From Phoronis australis (taxonomy: Eukaryota; Animalia; Phoronida): a DNA stretch of 47,063 bases. The notes under the pieces are model-generated. The model was not told where the DNA came from and ran no database searches. It saw only the letters and a list, made by a program, of their open reading frames with translations. The position numbers and the translations under genes are program-made. The DNA lies in assembly GCA_002633005.1 (NCBI GenBank), contig NMRA01000525.1:3974-51036 (forward strand). Reading direction: 5' to 3'. Below, piece by piece: positions 11,337 to 22,131 of this stretch. The first letter of the stretch is position 1, and the number at the start of each line of letters is the position of its first letter.

Positions 11337-12173
11337 ACGACTTACCAACTAATTAGGAGACCTACTCGTTTATGGTAAACAGCGTTTGCGCGCGAAACCT
11401 ACTTCTTTTTGTAATGCTTATTACAGGTTTTATATTTTGTGCACTCAGTTCTTAACAAATGTGTTGTATTTAAAATAGTCTTCAAATACCCAAAAGTCCA
11501 AATCCGTTTTTCTTGTTGGCAATAATGACGGGATTGCTTTAGAAATCGTCTTAAGTTAAGGTTTGACAAAGAGAGAATTACAAGTTTCTGAGTGATTCAC
11601 TAAGGCTTCGATTAAAATTCACATCTTACCAGCAGCTTCTGGTTTTTCATCGTCACTCAGGTTCCATTTTTTTTAAAAATGAAGTAAATTTTCTTCATTG
11701 CACAGTGGAGCAGACGACGGAAACCAGTGGCGGATCTACGGGAGGGTTCAGGGGTTTTAACCCCCCCCCCCTTGGGCCAGGACCCAAAAATTAAAAAAAA
11801 CGTCTCCAGCAAAACAAAAACGGCACCGCCAACGTGTGTAAACCCCAAGTAAACCAACTTGGAAAAAATGAGGGGGGGGGTTCAATCTGAAAATATATTT
11901 TTTGCATTGTGAATTGCTGTTATGAAAATCAACGCGTTTCGAGTCTTCGTGGCTCATCGGCAAAAGCCCGGAGATCAATTGTGCGCGCTTCCGTCGACAC
12001 TTCTGAAGTAGCCAAGCATTTTAGATGGACCACCGCTGAAAGAGCAGTTCTATAGCTGATTTCTTTAGGTAACTAACTTCTTTAGTCTAAGGTATGTTTT
12101 GGTTTGATTAGGGGAAATACTGTGGTGCCGCAACTCTGATATTCAGGCGAATTGACGTGCAACGTTTTTACCT

Positions 12174-13245
12174 CATCTGTCATGCCGTGTCATCCTATTA
12201 CACCCAACACGTTTGTAACTCGAATTTGACTGGTGTATAGTAAAGTTGTCTTGCGCAATATCATACAGTGTACATGTACATGTAATNGGGTAGAATGGTT
12301 CCAAGAGCAGCAAACCATTGGATCCGATGTACAGATTCCTCGGCAGTCTAGACAACAGAAAGATAGGACCAACATTCCTGGAGAAACACCCAGGTAATAA
12401 GTTATAATTATACACAGTTTGTAATAATGTCGGTTTTTTATGCTTGTGTACAATGACATGCCAAATTTACCCAGTACAGCAGAGGGTCTACGAGCGCACA
12501 GTTAAATCTGTTCTCAATACTTGTTTCTTCCAGTTAACACTACAGAACGGTGCAAAAACCCTTCCTAGACAACCTCTCGCAGCAGTTGACCACCAGATAT
12601 GTAAACTACACGTATGAGCAACCACTGGGGATTAAAAGAAGTCTAGAGAGAAGTTTTCGATTCAAAGTTTTTTGCGAAGTACGCTTTAGGTCTCGCGGCG
12701 GACCAGGCCAGCTTGATTTGTGTAGATATCGAGTTTCAGTGTACTTCTGGTCCCTCGGCGAACTAGTCTTGTGATGTTTTTTACCAAACTGTGCTTTGTA
12801 AATCTATTTATCTCAGCCAGTACTGTTTGGTCCCGCGGCAGATCGACTATTTTCGTAGGTATAATAAGCACAGGTGTACTTTTGGTCTCGTGACGGACCA
12901 GGCCAGAGTTTTTGTGTACTCTCAGTGTACATCTGGTCCCTCTGCGAACTGCTCCTGTATATCTTTTCACCACGCTGTAGGCCTACAGAGTGCTTTGGTT
13001 TAGAGAAACTGTTTTCAGATGATTTGTTTCCTGATACATTTGACGTTTTTCAATTGTTGTCAACATGATTCAGCTTAATAAAGTGATACTTAATTGTTTA
13101 TTGTCGCTTTTAATAATAGACTATGAGCTGCGAGCACCATCGTTCGCCAGTTTTTCTCGTAACGAGACAGAACACGTTTATTTCCGGACTAACAGTACAG
13201 GTCTTCGTTCTTAAACAGCTTGAGGCTGTTGTGATCATCTGATAT
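12174..13245 (+). pseudogene. Intron-containing hAT transposase relic (ZMYM1/PRKRIR(THAP12)-like clade), C-terminal half including the dimerisation domain
   Basis: WFQEQQTIGSDVQIPRQSRQQKDRTNIPGETP (donor AG|gtaat ~12393) joins via ttccag| to S*HYRTVQKPFLDNLSQQLTTRY, compare PR...RQ..R.N.P.ETPEEYYR...PFLD.L...L..RF. Later DDLFPDTFDVFQLLST and TMSCE/SFASFSR...YFRT resemble FPNI..LL....T.CERSFS...YLR. Stops and frameshifts present. Confidence 0.7.
12679..12972. repeat. Degenerate ~50-80 bp tandem array (GTACTTYTGGTCYC motif), five units, inside the transposase relic
   Basis: Motif at ~12679, 12741, 12820, 12876 and 12927; units 1-2 are duplicated as units 4-5. Confidence 0.7.
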
Positions 13246-13690
13246 TCAAGTTTTTACGCCCCGTCGGTGCTCCTTATGCTCCTGAATATTTGGTAGTTGT
13301 CTAAACCCCTGTATACACAACACACTTTTTCATATGCCGCTAAAAGGTGTGTGTAAGCAGATTTTCCAACAAAAATTTTTGCTGGTGGTGCGACTCATAC
13401 CCAGATGTGCACAAATATGGTTTCACGATACTTATGAGCCAAGTTCATGTGACGAAATCGAGAAGGGTTTTTAATTATCTTAAGAAAAACTCCAGGGACA
13501 TGTTAAGTGTCAGAAACGTACCAGAATGCATGGAAATTTCACTATTTGGCTACAAAAACAAGAAAGTTGTCTTACACGGGAAGCGGGTTTACCCCTCCCA
13601 AACTCCGCCCCTCCCCCCGCTCGGCGCCACGCGCCTCGGATTCGATCTTTGCGGGAATCCTAAACCCCCCCTTAAAAAAAATAATTGCAG

Positions 13691-13840
13691 GCGGTCTGAT
13701 ACACGTTGCACCAGACGTGCGCAGGCCTCGCATGTGGGCCCATTGCACTGATCACCTGGAAATATTTTTATGCTTTATTAATATATGGTTAAAACCGAGC
13801 TGAGGAGCTAGAAACCTGGCTCAAGGGTTTAGCAGTGTGA
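13691..13840 (-). mobile_element. 5'-truncated copy of the SINE at 26831-27044
   Basis: GCGGTCTGATACACGTTG...AAAACCGAGCTGAGGA.CT.GA.ACCTG is shared with 26841-26965. Confidence 0.8.
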
Positions 13841-14249
13841 CNNNGACACTTGAAATTGGATCTGAGCCCCCCCCCCAAACACTAAAACTGCACACATTTA
13901 AATCTTGTTTCATCCGTATAATTTTAATTACCGGGGTTAATTAATAAACTCAACATTTCCCTACGCTCTTGCTGTTTCATTTTTTTGCGGCAGCCAAGGG
14001 GGGGAGGGGCCGGGCCTCCTGGGGCCCCCCGTAAATCCGCCTATGCATTCGCTGGAAATTGTTTCTGAAATGCCGCCATTCCAGTGGCGACTATGTGTGG
14101 CTCTTCAGAAACATGGACGTCACACTCCATTGTTTTAGGCTTTTAAAGTCGTACAATAAACAAGGTGAGCCTGGTCTTTTTAGCAAAAAGCAAGAAAACT
14201 CCTCAAAATGTCGCCCACAGAATACTGTACCATCCCAAAGAAGCACGCA

Positions 14250-15160
14250 TTGAATCACGAGCAATTGTTTTTGTGGCATACACTGTACCTCGAATGTTGA
14301 ACATGCTCGATTTGGGGAAGTCCTATTGATCTCTGTTAGGCTTTTTCTTGGCTGTAATTTTTGTGTCATTGGACATTCTGTGCTCAGTGCGGCATGATTG
14401 TTCATTTTGAAATAATTTTTGCATGTACCTCGAATATCTACCACACGGTTCAAATTGTAAATACCATTCTGAATGTGAGATGTTCTAGAGTTTCTGCTAG
14501 TCCCAATACAGAATGGTTAATCAGCCATATGCTACTTAGCAATCAGTGGCATGCAGTGCAGAACTATTTTGTGGTACCTCGAATATTTGAACTACCTCAA
14601 TCTTTTTGGCGGGGTCTGGCGGACCCTCTCCAGAAGCACAAAAATGGTTCCAAGTGATCAGTGCAGTGGGCCCGCATGCGTGGCCTGTACCAGAGCTACT
14701 GCATTGGTTTCTTTAATTCCAGAAGCCAGTTGCGTAATAGGTCATTCGATGCTCGCTGTGGGAAGATTAGTCATTAGTTTTCTCCAGTGCTTCGAGTATA
14801 TATTCCTTCTCACATTTACAAGAGCACTCCTTTGGGTGAATATTTTCTATTTTGGGCCCAATCCATAGCGCATTTTCTCCGGCTGCCATTTAGTCGTCAC
14901 TGGTCTGTTCTGAATCGTATGGAGTTGTTTTTGTGATGCCTCGAATGTTTGAGCTAACTCACTTTTGGAGTCTTTTTTTAAAAGCCCCGTCAAAAACTTA
15001 AAAGTTTCTGACGGGACCTTTACATTTTCTGTCATGGGTCATTCCGTGCTCAATCAGTTTTGGTCCCCAGGGCCACATCCAGAGTGCAAGACATCCGTTT
15101 TCTTTATATATTGGTGTGCTTCTGTGGTCATATGTTGGTACCTCGTTCATCTGTGCTAAG
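14250..15160. repeat. Old degenerate satellite-like array (GTACCTCGAAT and GTCATT..GTGCTC motifs)
   Basis: TACCTCGAAT-like motifs at ~14286, 14426, 14575, 14937 and 15139; GTCAT.G.CATTC..TGCTC at ~14365, 14734 and 15030. Confidence 0.6.
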
Positions 15161-15433
15161 TGCTCTGGGATGCTGGTCTATGAACTTGGTCATTTCTTTA
15201 AGTAATATGCGTTATTTCTAATACAATCTACAATTTGCAGCTGAACTTACAGAATCTGAATTTACTGAATTCAGTTGCTTATTAGGGCATACTCTGCTTT
15301 ACTATGAAGGCCAAATTATTTGATTTTTTGTGTATTCGACATTGTGGTATGAACTGAGTCGTAGCCACTCGTTAACTTGCTTCGGTGAGCGTGTCTCTTT
15401 ATTCCTGTTGACCTCTGCTGTATCTGTGCAAAC

Positions 15434-15586
15434 GGCCTTCCGTTCAGTAACGGTAGGACCTCGCTGAAAAGCAAGACTTCGCGAGATTTCGTGAGATATT
15501 GCCGTGTATTTTGAATGAGAACACGTGACTATGTCTAGATTTTAGCTAGGTCCTAGCGTAGATCCTAGCGTTACTGGACGCACGCC
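15434..15586 (-). mobile_element. MITE family A, copy 2
   Basis: Reverse-orientation match to 2700-2853. Confidence 0.85.
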
Positions 15587-15594
15587 GGCTTTAG

Positions 15595-15795
15595 TGACCT
15601 GTTGATCGAGCTGCCCTCTATCGGCGAATATGGATTGAAAGACAACTCAAAGCAGCCAATCCTTTACGAAGATAAAGTGAATGAATTCAGGGATTGAGGA
15701 AGCGTCGTGGTTAAACCGTGGCTGCCAACATAGGCGTTGGGCCGGGGCAGTCGAGAAAAGAAAGGCAGCAAAAGAGAACTTTTGTCAACTAATAG
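15595..15795 (+). pseudogene. Second, more decayed hAT transposase fragment
   Basis: KVNEFRD..EEA/TVAANIGVGPGQSRKERQQKR resembles the same PR...RQ..R region seen at 12295-12393. The antisense ORFs at both loci also share SRLPR..N.Y.GS.GL. Confidence 0.4.
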
Positions 15796-17641
15796 TGCTT
15801 CTTGATTTAGCCTTTGATGACCCTCAGTTGGCCAGGACATTGTTGTTGGGGCTTCCATTTTGCAGCGTATATCGACACAGCGCACTTGAAAATATGCAAT
15901 TAATCATTCGCACGGAAAAGTATAGAAAACTTGCAAAGCAAGGGTTTTGCAGAGCATAGTAATTCACTAGATTCAAGAAGACAACTTTAAGGAACCAGGA
16001 ACCATTCTCTGGCAAGGTATAATGGAGTCAGCAGTCAGTGGCTCTCTTTCTTCATTTTCTCTGCGAACCTGACAGATACACTGAAGTAAAAAGCAATTTT
16101 GAAACAGACCCAAAGACAGCATACTGGGAACCCCACCCTTTCATTCATTCAAAAGCATGACCCTAATAACATGAACTTTCCTTAAACTAAGTGGGCTATA
16201 CAAATGAATCTGGGTCGGAGTGCCATCACAGACGGATAGGTACGAGGTGACCTCCCCGTATCAAGTGAATCCAAGTTGAGCTGTCCAGCGGCTAATCTAG
16301 TTGAACCAATCTGTATCTTCTTATCAGTTGGCGTGAGCTGTCAGCTCAGAGCTATAGTTCACTTGAGGCGCACAGCCCCGCTCCCAGCCTTTAGGCCTCA
16401 TTCTCACTCAGCATGAAATTCTGTTGTTACTCAAGGCTGGCTCCCGGGAATTTGTCGCCCAATTTTGGTGGGCGTGGGAGGTACAAAACTGGTAACATCT
16501 AGAGAATGGTTGGCAGAGGTGGTGGTATAGGATGGGGCAAACATTTGGCGACATTGACTTTGTTTGTGGTCCCTTTTCCTACGAGCTTGATATTACGTAT
16601 ATCTCGAGCGATGCCAAGCCATCAGTGGCGATTTTGTCGTTGGAGTGAATGGCAATATGACACCTCTCAATGGACAGATTTATAGGGCAATCGGTGAATG
16701 ATTAGCCAAGTACAGGGTGCTTTGATCGTGGCGTTGTTTGCATTAACTATAGGCCTACACACATTGGCGAACATCATGGTTGACTTTGTTCAAAAGAAGG
16801 AACAAAAGGAAGTGTGGTCATTGTGAAAATAGCGAATTGTGAGATTTTAGAGAACAAAAGGGTAAATATGATGCCGGCAATTGATGTTTTCTATCAGTGT
16901 CAATTCAAATTTCTCAACTAATTTTATTAGCCTACTAGCACACGCCGAGCAAACAAGCCGATGTATTCAACAGAGTGTAGTGACGTACCTCACGATTTGT
17001 AATGCGATCACCCAGGGTACAAGATAAAGTTTCAATCCTTACCCTGTTAAAATCCAGCTTTTGCACCCCGGTTGGAGTTTCGCCAACAAAACAGCAGTTC
17101 CTCAAACCGGATGTTGTTACGCACTTGAGCACGTTCAGGAAACGTGACTCGATGGCAGAAATAAGTAGTGAGACTAAAATACCAGCGAAGTTGATCGGTT
17201 TAGACTCCATTGCGGATTTAGGATGTCCTACTGGGGTCACAACCAAATTTGGAAGAAATTTCCGCATAAGCCCTAAACTGACGGAATTGTTGGTCGCATC
17301 TGTAAGTGTTTGCATTACGCTACTTGCCCATGGAATATAACTTTTGGTTTAAAGAATTGTTTTAATTATTCTAAAATACCGTTTTAGTAAAATGGACTAC
17401 AAGATTCAAAATACAATTCAAAGCAAACAAAACATGTTAAGTTGTCCAATAACACCTTCAAAAAGTACAGGGTGCACCTTAACGTCGACACCGGTGATCA
17501 AAAGGACAAGAAGATTGTAACAAGGATGTCTTTCCGCTCATAATCGAACGTTCTCAGACTTTCCAACCAGAGTTCGGTATTAACACTCCACTCTCCGATG
17601 TTGACTGTGCTGCTAAGCGGACAACACGAATGCCTTTCCGT

Positions 17642-18952
17642 TCACAAATGACTGCTCTCAATCTTTCCTGCGATAATTCTATGAACACTCCACTCGCCAC
17701 AGATGGCTGTATTGTAGTCGTCCAACGAATGAACACTGGTATGGTTCTGCACTCTTGGACTTTCCTTTTCCGCTAAATGTTTTTTGGTGTTCTCGGCATC
17801 ATCGATACAGTTCTTGCTCTCGTGTGACCTCGAATCCTCAACCAGGTCATCGGTATCATAACTGCAAGAAGGTGCTTCGTGAAAGGCTGAATCTAACGTT
17901 TCGCTGCTGAATCTAATCTCTTCCAACTCCCGTTCTTCGTGCTCTTTGGCACTGCACGTTGGCATCGTTACGGACACAGTAGAGTGGAAGTGGGAATAGT
18001 CGGCTTGCAGGTCGCCCGTTTCTGTGTGGAAGCCAATCAATTGTTCGAATTGATGGCCCCAGAGTATCTCTCCTGGGAGGTATGAACTGCGAGTCTGTGT
18101 TTTGCGCCCTGTTGATTCAGCGGCTCCTTCTAACACAACGATCAACTCAAAGTTTTCTTTTTGTACGTCTTCGTTAGACATGTCCCAAAATGGGCTGTTA
18201 CAATCAATGGTGTGCTCAATAATTTGCGGCCACCTCAGAAACAAGCGGTCTCTACCTTCTTCGAATCCAATATCGATATCTTTGTATTCTAGAGGACGTA
18301 TTTCCCCCTCGTCCGTCAACATTTTCTTCACAAAGAGTGCACGCACATGCGCGTCTACCATGTGTGACTTGCGCATGTGCCCAACTCTGAAAAGGAGAAC
18401 GTGGGCGCCATTTCGCTGACAAATTACCGCATTTTGACTGAACATGACAGTTTGTATGCGCTTTTGCGGGCGAGATAATTTTGCAAATACCAAGCCTGTT
18501 ACCAGAGCTTGTATCACAATACCCAGGCAAGACTGAGTCATCATGATTAAAACGGCTTCTGGGCATTCAGTTGTGATTTGGCGGGTTCCGTATCCAATGG
18601 TATGTTGAGTTTCGATACTAAAGAGAAGAGCAGACGAAAATCCATTGACGTCAGAGACACACGGACTGAAGAGAGTGCTGTTTCTGTTGCTGTGCTCGTA
18701 GTCTCTGTGAGCGAACCCGATTAACCACCAAACAAACGCGAAAAGTAACCAACTGCCAACAAACGCCAGAACGCATAATAGCAACGACCAGTGCCAGGGC
18801 ATGTCGACAAATGTTGTAAAAATATCGGAGAGGAAACGACCTGTCGCCTTTTTTGATTTTGATATGTAGCACTCCCCATTCTTTCCTGTTAGGCGGTGCT
18901 CCTTGAACCTCGCATCATTTCGTCTCCGATGCAAACCTCCCAATGATTTCAT
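17642..18952 (-). CDS. KCNJ: Inward-rectifier potassium channel (Kir family), 436 aa, single coding exon
   Basis: Slide helix DIFTTFVD, TM1, pore helix and filter FSIETQHTIGYG, conserved Cys pair (PCV, ECPEA), TM2, RVGHMRKSH, FELIVVLEG, RSSYLPGEILWGH; C-terminal S-H-L PDZ-type motif. In-frame TAG upstream of the ATG. Confidence 0.97.
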   Translation of the reverse strand: MKSLGGLHRRRNDARFKEHRLTGKNGECYISKSKKATGRFLSDIFTTFVDMPWHWSLLLCVLAFVGSWLLFAFVWWLIGFAHRDYEHSNRNSTLFSPCVSDVNGFSSALLFSIETQHTIGYGTRQITTECPEAVLIMMTQSCLGIVIQALVTGLVFAKLSRPQKRIQTVMFSQNAVICQRNGAHVLLFRVGHMRKSHMVDAHVRALFVKKMLTDEGEIRPLEYKDIDIGFEEGRDRLFLRWPQIIEHTIDCNSPFWDMSNEDVQKENFELIVVLEGAAESTGRKTQTRSSYLPGEILWGHQFEQLIGFHTETGDLQADYSHFHSTVSVTMPTCSAKEHEERELEEIRFSSETLDSAFHEAPSCSYDTDDLVEDSRSHESKNCIDDAENTKKHLAEKESPRVQNHTSVHSLDDYNTAICGEWSVHRIIAGKIESSHL

Positions 18953-20990
18953 TTCGCTACTCCCCTTAAGCGTATACTACACCGTCACAAACGTCCGCTG
19001 TGAAAGACGTCTGGTCCTCCAAAAGACCTGTTAGAAAGCCCAAAAATGCTGTTCCTATCCTCGCGCGATTTTTGAGAGATCGTATTTATCCTGCCTGTTG
19101 GCTTACGAAGTAAATGCATTCATCCTCGCTAGAAGCGCCATCTAATGATACGTATACACGCACGTGTTTTTGTTCAGGGCGAGATAGTAGAATATCTAAA
19201 ATGCCAAAGGGGTCTTGTCAATCATACATTTGTACACGCATACATATACAAAAGCATTGTACATCCAAATTATGACATAACCACTGAAATAAAATATTGA
19301 TAGCAGTGTCATGATCCTAGCCTACGGCTAGTGTGCGGGATGTGAGTCTCAATAGCAGATATAGTACAGATTAAATCTCCAAATCTCTGCCGATACTACA
19401 AGTTGATACCATAGGCAACCGCGGCCTAGGAGGAACAGTTGTGCGATGAGACACGATGCTTTATAAAGTCAGTGTATTTGTATCGGTCGTGTTCTGGCAC
19501 TTGGGGGTTTCCGCTGTGGGATGTGCAGCTGGGACAGTATAAGGTATACACAGGTCAATACAAACACGATTCTTTGTTAAGGAGCTTTAAAGATAATAAC
19601 GTCCTGCCGCCGTCTGTTTTTGTAGCAATATTGGAGCAACATTATACGTGTGCTTTCTGACAAAAAGGCAAGTTTTGATGTAGGCCACTTACCGTTATAA
19701 ATCTGGTCTTGTTTTGTTCCTTAGGAGTGATGTCGTTGAGAAATGATCTCTGAGCTCGAGAAGAAATTTTGGGTACCGGCGTGACCTGAAATTCCATGAA
19801 ATCTGTTGAAACATGTAACGAACTGTTTGTTTCAAGGCGATGAATCACACTTATATTGACTATGGAAGACTTGAGACCAATTTTACCATGACAAGTAGTC
19901 TAAATCAAAACGTTTTTTTACAGAAGGCAGGTATGTAGGACCTTATCATTTCATTTTTGTTGTACGCGAATCATAAAGTTCCTATATTTTGACACTCCCG
20001 CCCTCGTCCGAACATTTTAAAAGCATTTCCAAACATCGCTTTTGAACAGTGTATAAAGCTGAGTATCTGAAAGTTTCATAGAAATCTGATCAGCCATTTC
20101 TGAGATATGTTGTTCCGAAGTTAGCCACATTTGAACATTCCTCTAGGGTTCTACATTACATATCCGTGATGCCGCTTTCATTCAGTTTACTGACGATCAT
20201 CTTTTAACGTTGAAATCTGGCAACTGAAGACAGCAACCTTTACAAGAAACAACCCGTTAATACCTTCTGTGTAATTTGCATCAAAAAGTTTTCGCCCCCC
20301 CCCCACTGAAAAAATTTGTAGGACAATTATGGGAAAGGGTACTATTTTGAAAGGGTCTTGTCACAAAAAGCCCCCACCAACACCAGCTGTCTAAAATGCC
20401 CTGAGGCACGTGTGATTAACACTGTTATCATGTTAAAAACGATGCTTTAGTGTCAGGTAACGAAAGCATTCGTTGAAATTATTTCACTCTCTTCACTGCA
20501 TTGTAAACCTGCCTGCGGGTCCATTTGCATACAAAAAATCATGGCGCCTTTATTACGTATAATATGCAATTACCAGCATCATTTGCTAACTTAGAGTAAT
20601 ATCAAAGCTGTGTACATGTTGATATAAAGTCCTAATTTTGAACACAAAGGCTACGCATGCTGTGTTTAAATTACTATGAACCCGTATTCCGTCAAAACAC
20701 TGACATTTAATTTAGACCCAGGTTCGCCCATCGTTTCCAATTTATTTTGGGTCCACTCTTTCAATTTGAACTGGGGCCCGTCCTTCCCATCTGAAGATCG
20801 GGCCTACCCATACCCACATCTTGCTTGATCCGTGCGATGCGTGTACCCAATGTCTAGAAAGGACACTGCAGATGTACGTGTATGTAGTGTAACCGTGTAT
20901 ACGCTAAAAGTCTTTAAGTATCAAAATAGGCCACAAAATCTTACCTTGCAAATAATGCCAGGGTTATTAACATTTTAATCTCCCAAACAA
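18953..20990 (-). other. Probable Kir 5'UTR with an intron (acceptor at 19028, candidate donor at 20944)
   Basis: ctttctaacag|GTC lies 75 nt upstream of the ATG; CAAG|gtaaga at 20944. Confidence 0.5.
19936..20153. mobile_element. Short copy of the TAGG.CCTTA TIR element family (see 3241-3751)
   Basis: TAGGACCTTA...TAGGGTTCTA with a shared internal segment. Confidence 0.6.
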
Positions 20991-21976
20991 ACGAAACCAC
21001 GCTTTTAGAACTGCGCCCGCCTTCTTCACATCTCCGTGTTGAATGACCACACGTCAGAAAAATGAGCAGCGTAGAAAAGACACTAAAATGCATAAGTAGC
21101 GATCAATTTTAAAATACAAACATTAGGGTCAATAGCTCATATGTAAATGCAATATTCGCTCTATGTAACAAAAGGCAAGCTGACACTGTTGATAATTAAC
21201 CTCGTTTCGGTAACAGTGCCACCAGAATAGTGACGGAAACTGTGACGTCACCATATTGAGGGAGTCTAGAAGATTCTGTCTTCTTATTTTTAACTCTGGC
21301 TCTGCTAAACGCTGAGCAAAAATACATAGGTACAGCATGTCTATCAAGCTACTTCCCAGCGGTTTGATTGGCTGGAATTTAAATCCTAGCCAGTCAGGAC
21401 GCAGGAAAATGTAAACACTACAGTCGTTCCCCATCTTGGCCCACAAACATTTGTTGCTAACGAAAGTGGAAATGTGGTTCTTCGATGAGCCTGAGAAACG
21501 TACAGTGAAGATAGACCACTTGCAGAAAATGAAAAAAGTGGTAGATCTCACGAGCAGACGAATAGACGCTCGGAACGAATAAACAAACGCAGAACGACAA
21601 ATAACTTAATCTTCATGACGCGTGCCATTTTTTCCTTTTTTACTTATATCATAAGCGTTTTAAACTAACAATCAAGTATATAGAACGTATATGGTTGACA
21701 GCACATTTGACATAGGAAAACATGACCTTGCCGACAAGATCCCTGTGGTGCTATTCCTACTCAGTGCACTATACCAGTGGCCACCAACACTAATTGCACG
21801 CTATCTAATCATGTGAAATTAGTTGAACTTCATCTTCAATTGTAAAATGGAATATCTTACTATCTAACCTAATAGCCTGTAAACGTGCAGTGCAAAAATA
21901 CTTCCAACCACAGTAGCTAGCTGTGTGATTCGATCTGACATCTAAATGAGGCTCCGTTGATATGAATTAGTTGGCA

Positions 21977-22131
21977 CAGCCTCACATTCAGTAGCGCTAG
22001 GACCTCGCTAAAAAGCAAGACTTCGCGGGTTTACGTGAGATACTGTCGTGTATTTTGAATGAGAAAACGTGACTTTGTTGAGATTTTAGCTAGGTCCTAG
22101 AGTAGGCCCTAGCATTACTGAACGTGCGCCC
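21977..22131 (-). mobile_element. MITE family A, copy 3
   Basis: TTCAGTAGCGCTAGGACCT...AGGCCCTAGCATTACTGAA. Confidence 0.85.

Larger units (their letters stand above)
11019..14045. mobile_element. Composite hAT-type (hAT5-like) DNA transposon, ~3 kb, perfect 5-bp TSD CATTC; contains a nested second element starting at 11725
   Basis: CATTC|CAGTGGCGGATCTA ... TAAATCCGCCTATG|CATTC. The right end (13913-14045) recurs inverted at 31973-32108. Confidence 0.75.

Noticed and set aside
12679-12972. Repeat-spacer-like pattern
   Set aside because: The intervening sequences are homologous to each other (units 1-2 match units 4-5), so this is a decayed tandem duplication.
12173-15885. Two minus-strand ORFs sharing SRLPR..N.Y.GS.GL as a neuropeptide-like pair
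   Set aside because: No signal peptide or dibasic cleavage sites. The similarity is the antisense shadow of plus-strand hAT transposase relics.
16250-16420. DLPVSSESKLS as a hAT dimerisation motif
   Set aside because: Too weak; the adjacent sequence instead matches a small non-coding repeat also seen at ~5588-5671.
18102-18872. ORFs overlapping Kir (18102-18419 +, 18252-18566 -, 18651-18872 -)
   Set aside because: Alternative-frame or antisense shadows of the channel CDS.
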